The notes under the pieces: generated by a model
Databases searched by the model: none
What the model saw: the letters and a program-made list of their open reading frames with translations, nothing else
What the model was told of the DNA's origin: nothing
Source: Ginkgo biloba
Taxonomy: Eukaryota; Plantae; Ginkgophyta
Reading direction: 5' to 3'
Length of the DNA: 21,124 bases
Assembly: GCA_024626585.2 (NCBI GenBank)
Contig: JANKJI020000004.1
Coordinates: 10,537,149 to 10,558,272, forward strand
Translations under genes and position numbers: made by a program
In this document: one piece after another, positions 1 through 8,695 of the stretch
Layout of the letters: each line of letters starts with the position of its first letter
Position numbering within the stretch: position 1 is the first letter of the stretch

Positions 1-412
1 TCATTCTTCGACTCCCCATCTCATCAATTCTCCGCGAAAGAACGTTTTTGTTCACCTTGGCCGCCTCCAATATAGAACGTAAACCGCCTACTGCTAGGTG
101 TTTCTGGCTGTCCAGATCTGCCATAACAGGCTTTACTAGCTCTACTGGAGGCTTTGAAAAACTCTTCTCTTGCAACAGGTTTCTAGGCTTATTTTTCAAC
201 TGATAAACCGTCTCTTCGACTTTCTCAGTCTCTGCAGGGACTTGTGCAACTTCGAGATTGGGATTGAATATGAGCGGTGAAATAATATTGTTGTGGTGAT
301 AGAGATACCCATTAATTCCAGTCGAAGGGCCCATGACAAATCGGGCTTCAGTAAATGAGAAGGCATGCAAGAGAAAAGACAGCAGAAGCATGAAAACAGC
401 AACAGTCTTCAT
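1..412 (-). CDS. Partial (3'-truncated by window edge) secreted protein / small signalling-peptide precursor
   Basis: Hand translation from ATG at 412-410 gives 137 codons with no stop to the window edge: MKTVAVFMLLLSFLLHAFSFTEARFVMGPSTGINGYLYHHNNIISPLIFNPNLEVAQVPAETEKVEETVYQLKNKPRNLLQEKSFSKPPVELVKPVMADLDSQKHLAVGGLRSILEAAKVNKNVLSRRIDEMGSRRM. The N-terminus has MK, a hydrophobic core and TEA|R, a typical plant signal peptide. The region has higher GC and retains CpG, unlike the rest of the window. It is absent from the ORF track because there is no stop in the window. Confidence 0.75.
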   Translation of the reverse strand, partial: MKTVAVFMLLLSFLLHAFSFTEARFVMGPSTGINGYLYHHNNIISPLIFNPNLEVAQVPAETEKVEETVYQLKNKPRNLLQEKSFSKPPVELVKPVMADLDSQKHLAVGGLRSILEAAKVNKNVLSRRIDEMGSRRM

Positions 413-565
413 TCTGGAACTAATAGAAAACTCTGCAAACAAAGGACCAAAAACACAGGAATATCTAAAAGGATGAGAATATCTAAACATCAGAGGCTAC
501 GCGGCCAAAGAGAGTATGAGAATAGCTCCAAGCGCCAATGCAATACAGCAGTGCAAGACGCTCTC

Positions 566-571
566 CTTATA
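566..571 (-). promoter_or_regulatory. Candidate TATA-like box (TATAAG) for the minus-strand secreted-protein gene
   Basis: TGTATAAGGAG on the minus strand about 155 nt upstream of the ATG, followed by a pyrimidine-rich leader (CTATTCTCATACTCTCTTTG). The position is plausible but the motif is short. Confidence 0.3.
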
Positions 572-3500
572 CATAATTTTGCATCGACATTCTACTTAGC
601 ATGCCTGCAATGACAGCTCTAAAGGCTCCGTCCAACGCGATATTCTCGATTTTACCTGCCATGGAATACAGAGACCTATTTAATTATTTAAAAAAACTTA
701 AATAAAAGACTTGACGATAGATTCAAATGTGGAAACATTAAACCAATAAAATATGAATGCAAGTGTAGCATAGAACATTAAAGATATCCTCTCCTATGTT
801 TTTCTATCAATTTTCTATATACGGTGTGTTCTACTATGTTGGTTTACTTTCTCTCCCTTTCGTTCTAAAGACAGTATTAGGCGTTATTCTTAGATCAGTT
901 TTCTTAATCATCATGTAGCTCTGCTTTCTCGAGGTTCTTCTCAGTCAAACTCCGGTGTACTTCGTTTCAACTTAATCACCTTCTTTATCGATATCTTGTC
1001 CTCGCTTGGCCATATCCTTCAGGTTGACCTACTTCTCAAGTTGTTCTTGGAGAATGTGTCGTTCCATGTGCTTGTGTATTCTCAATTCTATGTTTTCTTC
1101 CATTTTCCACCGTCATATTCTGTACTATGTAAGAATAATTAGTTCTGATTCGAGGTTGTTGTCTTTAACGTGTCTTAGAGATGCCCACAAATTTATTTTT
1201 ATATTATTCTTGTCTCAAGTAGTACTATGGAATATACTTTGGAGTAAGGGCTTGCAAGTGGCCAGTCATTGCAAGGCCCCAAGGATTGGATTTTGCTATA
1301 AAAAGTTTCGACGTTTTCCCATGTCGTTGGAATTATGTAAAAATATTGTGTTTTTTCCTAACTTTGTGATTTCGATCCATNNNNNNNNNNNNNNNNNNNN
1401 NNNNNNNNNNNNNNNNNNNNNNNNNNNNNNNNNNNNNNNNNNNNNNNNNNNNNNNNNNNNNNNNNNNNNNNNNNNNNNNNNNNNNNNNNNNNNNNNNNNN
1501 NNNNNNNNNNNNNNNNNNNNNNNNNNNNNNNNNNNNNNNNNNNNNNNNNNNNNNNNNNNNNNNNNNNNNNNNNNNNNNNNNNNNNNNNNNNNNNNNNNNN
1601 NNNNNNNNNNNNNNNNNNNNNNNNNNNNNNNNNNNNNNNNNNNNNNNNNNNNNNNNNNNNNNNNNNNNNNNNNNNNNNNNNNNNNNNNNNNNNNNNNNNN
1701 NNNNNNNNNNNNNNNNNNNNNNNNNNNNNNNNNNGGCTTGCCAAGATCGCTAAATTCTTATTTTCCTCTTTATAATTACTCCTTATACTATCTTATTTAG
1801 AGTGTATTATAATTGTCTACAACTACTTATTTCCTTTTTATTCTCAAATATCATCACACGAAGCACGCATTTCATGGTAGACAAGCACATGCATGACACC
1901 GACACATTATTATTTTCTTATTTATAAGTCATTCTTTAACTTTTGTGGGGAAATGTGCCTCCTCTTTCATTCGAATACACAAACAATCNNNNNNNNNNNN
2001 NNNNNNNNNNNNNNNNNNNNNNNNNNNNNNATAAGACATTATCTTCCTTACTTTAAAATTTTATTGTAAACTAAACATCCCAACCACACATATCTTAACA
2101 TGCAAGTTAAAGCTTATATAATAAAAGAAATGCCATCTCCTAAGAATCAAAATTAATATGATTGCCAAAAATACATAAATTCATATATAAAAAATATGAA
2201 TCAAATGAGCTAAAATTTCTTTTTTTGATGCTTTAATTATAGTCGACATCATAACTCCCATGCCTTAAGAATCTTAAATTAAATTAATTCACTCTATTAA
2301 CATTATCCAAGGATGTGCCTAATTATTATTAATTTATGAGTATTCATTGGAATTTATTCCTCTAAGAATGAGAAGCAAGAATAGTATGCATGTATATTTG
2401 TTTATCTCCCAACCCTAAAGAAAAAAACATGGATAATTTTGATACCTTTGGATGGTAAGTAACTATGAGCTCCAACACATAACTAATAATAGTAATAAGT
2501 GATTAATAGTATAATAATAAAGTAATCTCTAATCTATTATTAAATCAAAGTTGTATTCGAACACACAAGTGTACAACAATGTACATGTTTGAATTGACCA
2601 AGGGTAAAGTAGTTTTAAACTAAATTCCACTAGGGGTATAATCTTATATGAGGCACTATACATATATGTTTGAGAAATTTCTTGTGTGTGATCTTATTAT
2701 GCTTTGATTTTTATCCCATTCCAAAAAATATAATAAACCATAATCATTGAAATGAATTATAAAACTCCCCTTTTAAATTCCATTTAGTGGAATTAAACAA
2801 TTGTGTAACCCTAATCATTCTATAATGCCCATTACTATATGTTCATTTGATTCCCCAAGTCTCTTTTTGTGTGTGTGCGAACATGCATGCATAAGTGTAC
2901 ACACATTGCTTATATGAGTTTATTAGATTTTATTAAAAGAAAGTTTTATAAATGATGGTTTGAATGAAATTTATTTTATCATCCTTTTCATTTAGTGCCA
3001 TTTATCAATTGTAAGGAACTCCTAATTTTTCAAATGGTTTATGGAATTCATTGACATAAATTTAGTGGTAAACTATTTTTAATATGAAATTTAATTTACA
3101 CATCTATAGAAACCTTTATGAGTGGCTTATAAAAATTCATTAGAATTGGTTTGGTACTCCATATTTTATAATGTACTAATGCATATTAATCTTCAAATGT
3201 ATTATGTGATTTAGTCTTAACATTATTTTACTTATAGTCACCACATTGAAAGTAAATAATATATTAGCAATCAATCAATATAAACCTTATTCATAAACCC
3301 TAGTTGTTTAAGGTGGCAAAGTAAAAGAGGCTAAATACTTTATTTTAAATTTGGTTGAATATGTAATGAATTTATCTCACCTCTTATTTTTTATGTGTGG
3401 GATAAAATCTTCTATGGTTAGTTTTCTTTATAGTATCTTATGAAACCAAACTATGTGTATAATATTAAATGAATGATCTAGTCTATTATCCACTTAGTTT

Positions 3501-5635
3501 ATAAATGACTAATAACTTGAGGCACTCATAATATGTTTGTTTAATTTTATAATTCATACACCTTCATTTATATGCTATTATGACAAAAGTAAAGTAAGGT
3601 TTCTTAGATGATGTCTATAGTTAGATAAAATTACTTCATTTAGATATCAAATGTTTTACATGTAGTTATGTTATTCATTCTTTATTTTAAAATAAAAATT
3701 TAGTTTTGGAAAAGAGAGAAAAAGTGATTAAAACCTTATGTGAGTTATACCACAATTTATTTAGTCATGCGTTAAAATTCTACCTTTTGAACTTTAAGCT
3801 CCTTTACATTAGTCTTAGAATTTGATAATTTATCACTCATGCTTAAAAAATCTAAATTGTACCTTTTATGTTCTTATAAGATAAAATGTTATGCCACCAA
3901 TGTTATCACCCAAAATCATACCCTTATGCTTATACTATAAATTTGGAAAATTTTCAACATTAGTTCTTACATATTTAGAGCTTCATTATGCACTCATATT
4001 GCATTTCACACATTGTTACAACTCATTGATACATCATTTTTTCTATGTTTGTTTATATTTATACTATAATGTGTGATATTATTCTATTTATTTCTCTTAT
4101 TGTATGTGTACACATCATTTATATATTACTCCTTTGCATTTATCTTGTGCTCCTTCATATGGCCATTTTATTCCCTTGGATTTATATTATATGGTCCACT
4201 TAAATCGTGTTTTACCTCNNNNNNNNNNNNNNNNNNNNNNNNNNNNNNNNNNNNNNNNNNNNNNNNNNNNNNNNNNNNNNNNNNNNNNNNNNNNNNNNNN
4301 NNNNNNNNNNNNNNNNNNTAAATCTTATTTTAGTAAATTTTGACCCAAAAAATACCTTGGGAAAGGTTCACAAATGTGTATATTTTCATTCCACTTCAAT
4401 GGTGATCCCTCTCAAGCCACCCACTTTATGTATTTAAGGTGGGTTCATTGTACCTGAACAAATAGTGGTGAAACTACCATCACTGGCTATGAGATCTATT
4501 TTATCCTCCATAATTATTTTCAATTCCTCAAATTCCCTTAGTCCATCATGTTCTACAAAAAATATGGCGTAGTTGTTCACAAAAGTTAATGTNNNNNNNN
4601 NNNNNNNNNNNNNNNNNNNNNNNNNNNNNNNNNNNNNNNNNNNNNNNNNNNNNNNNNNNNNNNNNNNNNNNNNNNNNNNNNNNNNNNNNNATTCCTTACT
4701 CTTTTGAAATCAAACAAAAGATTCACTCTCATGCCATTCTTTTCCTAAGCTCATTACCTTTTATAGAAATGTTTCATATTTTGTGAAGCTTCTAACAAAG
4801 TAAAAAAGGCTAGTTAGTTAATTTTTGGTACTGCATGTTAGAGACAAGACAAGGTTTCTATCTTGAGGTGCATATGCGAAATGTTAGGAAAATAATTCTA
4901 AAGGAATAGGATCATGTACTAGTAGTATTTAGTAAAAGAGANNNNNNNNNNNNNNNNNNNNNNNNNNNNNNNNNNNNNNNNNNNNNNNNNNNNNNNNNNN
5001 NNNNNNNNNNNNNNNNNNNNNNNNNNNNNNNNNNNNACAAGTGAGTAGTATTTGAAGAAGATAAAATTATTTCATTCATTAGAAATAATAAATATAAAAT
5101 CAATGCATGTTGTAGTAATTGGTCCTAGAACATGACATAACCATAGCTAAAAAAAAAAAAATCTTACATAATTAATTCTATGAAGACTGACAAAATTTCT
5201 ATGCAGTAGCTAATGCAGTTGTAATTAATTATATTTGTGAGGTCATCACACATAAGGCCAAGTAAATTATTCTATAAAANNNNNNNNNNNNNNNNNTAAG
5301 GTTGCTTATTAATTCTTATAAAAATAAATGTTTGAGCCACCTTAGTCATGTGTAGAGAGGTAAGGGGAAACAAAGGGATTGTAAGAAATAACAAGGTTTT
5401 TTATCATCCTTCCCCTTTTTTTATTTCCTTTATAATGCCTCCCATACCCTACATCATAAGATATAAAGAATATATGATGATTCTAATCCTACATTTAATG
5501 ACGGTTTCTCCCATCTTAAAAAATATAATATAATANNNNNNNNNNNNNNNNNNNNNNNNNNNNNNNNNNNNNNNNNNNNNNNNNNNNNNNNNNNNNNNNN
5601 NNNNNNNNNNNNNNNNNNNNNNNNNNNNNNNNNNN

Positions 5636-5920
5636 ATGACCAGACCCTCTATATTTATATTAAAAATGGGGAGGAATGGAGGAAAAAATATTCATTAAGA
5701 GCATGATATGATGGAATAAAAAAACCCTTAAACTTTAATTATGAACACTACATATGATAGAGATTAGGGTATCTTGTTACGAAGTGGTATGATGTCATAA
5801 CCAGACCATCCACTTTAGCAATAGATAGGGGGGAATAAAATACTAAAATGTCTACTTGATGAGGATAATATGATGGAATAAATAGAACCTTTAACCTCGG
5901 CAATAGGGATTGTAGTATGT
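5636..5920. repeat. Diverged ~160-bp tandem duplication
   Basis: ATATGATGGAATAAA is identical at 5706-5720 and 5868-5882, and CCAGACC occurs at 5641 and 5801. Both units carry a G-rich patch followed by GGAA and an A-run, in the same order. Confidence 0.55.
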
Positions 5921-7029
5921 ATATATTATTGTATCTATTATGGTTTTATCATTAATACCTATAACTTAAATTGGTAAGATGACACCTTAACAATTATCAA
6001 GATTAACAAATTCTAGACACCCTTTTAAGAAAACTTAAAAACTGAGATTTATTTAGGCCACTTGGTTTATGAAGTAACTACATATATTATTTTTCATTAA
6101 TTTATAAATAATTACTAGAAAAATTATTTAATACAACATATCACTTCAATTCATAACACCCAATGGCATCACCAAATGAATATTAATAAATAATTTTTTT
6201 ATTAAATGAGAAATGAATATTCTAGAACATAATCACAACATAACTAGAAATGTAAGGCTATACAACTCTATGTTTGTCAAACAAGGTGTCTCCTAATTGA
6301 GATCAATTCTCTAAAAAAATCTACTTCCTAACGTTATTGAAAATCTACAAACATTACACAAAACATAAACCAAAAGAGTATGAAAGAGAAGAACTCAGAA
6401 AATCCCCATAGAAAAATAACTTTAGTAAGGAGGGACACAAAAGAAACCCAAAGACAAAGAATAAATGAGAATAACTAAGGTGAAACACCAAAGTTAGTCC
6501 AAGAATAATCACCGCCAAATATAAATTAACCCTCCTCCTCCCCCTTGTGATGACTATTGTCTCTCATTTTATCCTCTTATTTGATGCCTATATAAGTGAA
6601 TGATTCTCCTTGAGGTTGTTTCTAAAATTAATAAAATATTATCTTTAAGTTTTTCTCTTTTATATTTAGTGGACATCCTACTTAACCTATTCTTGAATGA
6701 GAGGTAATTCTCCACCCTCACAACAAATCATTCTAGAAATAATATTTGAAAAGTCCCCATAAATGTAGAAATGCAGCCTCGTTTGACACCTATACTCCNN
6801 NNNNNNNNNNNNNNNNNNNNNNNNNNNNNNNNNNNNNNNNNNNNNNNNNNNNNNNNNNNNNNNNNNNNNNNNNNNNNNNNNNNNNNNNNNNNNNNNNNTG
6901 ATATCTCCCATTTGATGAAAATGATTTTGTCTTTCTATAGGAATATCAATGGGCTTCGAGGTTCAGATTCACAATTACAAGAAGAGAATTGAGGCTTGTG
7001 CTAAGGTTACATTTGCTCAAAATAAAAAA

Positions 7030-7175
7030 ATTGGATAGAGTGAGGTAGAAATGGTGCTTATGCTCATTTTTACCAATGCTAAAGCTTTGGCCAAGGGGAA
7101 GTAAGTCCATGCCTAGATCATACAACCATACATGTTTCTAGTAATTCATTCATACATGCGAAGTGTGGAAGATAC
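7030..7175 (+). pseudogene. Decayed fragment of a PLS-class pentatricopeptide repeat (PPR) gene
   Basis: From 7072: TNAKALAKGK*VHA*IIQPYMFL, then after a frameshift NSFIHAKCGR; AYAHF lies just upstream in another frame. This matches the PLS PPR consensus YA.LL.AC....AL..GKQVHA.II......VFLGNSLI.MYAKCG, with stops at Q-compatible positions and internal deletions. Confidence 0.65.
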
Positions 7176-8012
7176 ATTTTTTATAATTCATTCCTTTCAT
7201 GCAACACAATTATGCAAGTGTTGTAAGCACTGAATAGATTTACTAATGGTATTTTCTAATGACATTGACTTGCTCCAGTAGATTTGAAAAAGTGAAAGAA
7301 CAAATTAAAATGTCTTGTGAAATATCCAAATTAATTTTTCATGGACATGAAGTGACAAGGATGTTTCAATATCGCAACTGTGTTCAGTCATTCATAGATA
7401 GTTGTAGTTTGAGGAAGCTATCATATGATTATATGCCAGCTAACTAGAGGTCATGCATGACTAACTAAAGCATGCTCTTTCAGGAAGAAGGGTGATTGAC
7501 CTTTATATTTTGATGTTTGATCAGGTTGTCACCATTCAATTAGAGTATCTAGGTGTCACTTGGAATCTTTACATATGCAATGGGACACTTCAGAGGAACT
7601 GGGACGAATCTTGGGAACTATTATAAAATACATGGTGACATTGGTCATAGTTCACCAAAATTGTTGCACAAGTACCCAGAATCATGCATAAATTGAAGAG
7701 GATGAGATATAATGAAGGTGAAGGAGGATTATGTCAGACGATATTGTAGTCAAAGGTCGCATTTTATCTTGATGTCGGATGAGATGTATAATATGTCGTC
7801 GGAGGTGTAAGCTCTATCGTAGAATTTGATCACATCATATTAGAAGTGCAAAATATGTCAGAGCACTTTCTCATGTCAGAGGTGAATTAGGTAATTCCAA
7901 TGACAAGGGAACTATATGGTAGAGAGACAAGTTTTGACATAATGTCAGTTTCATCTAAATCGACACAATTTCAGTTTCAATCTAACAGCAAAAATTGACA
8001 TCACCGGAGTTA

Positions 8013-8035
8013 CTCAACGATGGCACCACCAAATG
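8013..8035 (-). mobile_element. Possible degenerate LTR 3' end (CA) plus primer-binding site
   Basis: The minus strand reads ...TTCACA-TT-TGGTGGTGCCATCGTTGAG. TGGTGCCATCGTTGAG differs from a tRNA-Asp-type PBS (TGGCGCCGTTGCCGGG) only by transitions, mostly C>T and G>A. The spacing is imperfect (extra TGG). Confidence 0.3.
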
Positions 8036-8097
8036 TGAATGACTGGTAAATCTGTTAGAGAGAAGAGATACGTTACCCATCATCTAATGTAGTCAAC

Positions 8098-8117
8098 AAA
8101 AAAAAAAAAAAAAAAAA
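8098..8117 (+). repeat. Poly(A) tract (A20)
   Basis: Directly visible homopolymer. It may be a retroposon tail or a mononucleotide microsatellite. Confidence 0.85.
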
Positions 8118-8571
8118 TAAATGAATAAACATAATTTTTTTATTACTTATCTACTTAAGGGGCTAAATCCTCAATCATATGGTGACTTATTTCTTTCTTC
8201 AAAGACATAATTCATTAAACATAAGTTATTTGGCACAAAGGGAGGTAGAGCCAACTCATAAAATCATGGAACACATTTTGAAATAGACTATAATGTGTGA
8301 ATATGATCTCTAACATTTCCAATGGAGTCTTAATTGATATTGTTATTGATAAAGTCATTTAAAATGGTCCAAATATGATGCATTTCTAAAGTATGTAAGG
8401 TTATTGAGTATGTCTAAGTTGGTGAAGTCAAAGAATTGAATCTGTTCAATTTTATCATAAATGTAATATTTTTTGTGTCTACTAAAAATGTAATATATCC
8501 AATAGTGAATCAGAGTCTAGCATTGATGAAGTCGTTCAGTATGTATCTGTCAAGGAGTTGTTGTATTTTGT

Positions 8572-8695
8572 CATTCTCCATGGAAGACTATCTTAGATGC
8601 ATATTAGTTTTAGGTTGTCAGTTTTAGCTTAGATTTTGACATCTTGTCGGCTTGTACATTATAGTCATGTAGTGTATTTACTTCCATGGAGAATG
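8572..8695. repeat. Perfect 15-bp inverted repeat pair with 94-bp spacer
   Basis: CATTCTCCATGGAAG (8572-8586) and its reverse complement CTTCCATGGAGAATG (8681-8695). Confidence 0.8.

Noticed and set aside
1-3. TCA at window start as the gene's TGA stop
   Set aside because: It is in a different frame from ATG 412 (that frame's last full codon is 4-2), so the CDS continues beyond the window.
196-613. ORF-track ORFs 196-402 (-) and 365-613 (+)
   Set aside because: Alternative-frame or antisense shadows of the real 412..1 frame and its leader; no protein-like features.
1006-1800. 264-aa ORF and all other ORFs containing X runs
   Set aside because: Length is inflated by N-gaps; the flanking translations are low-information.
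3891-4437. Hydrophobic F/Y/L/I-rich ORFs resembling membrane peptides
   Set aside because: Expected by-product of T/A-rich DNA; no coding signature.
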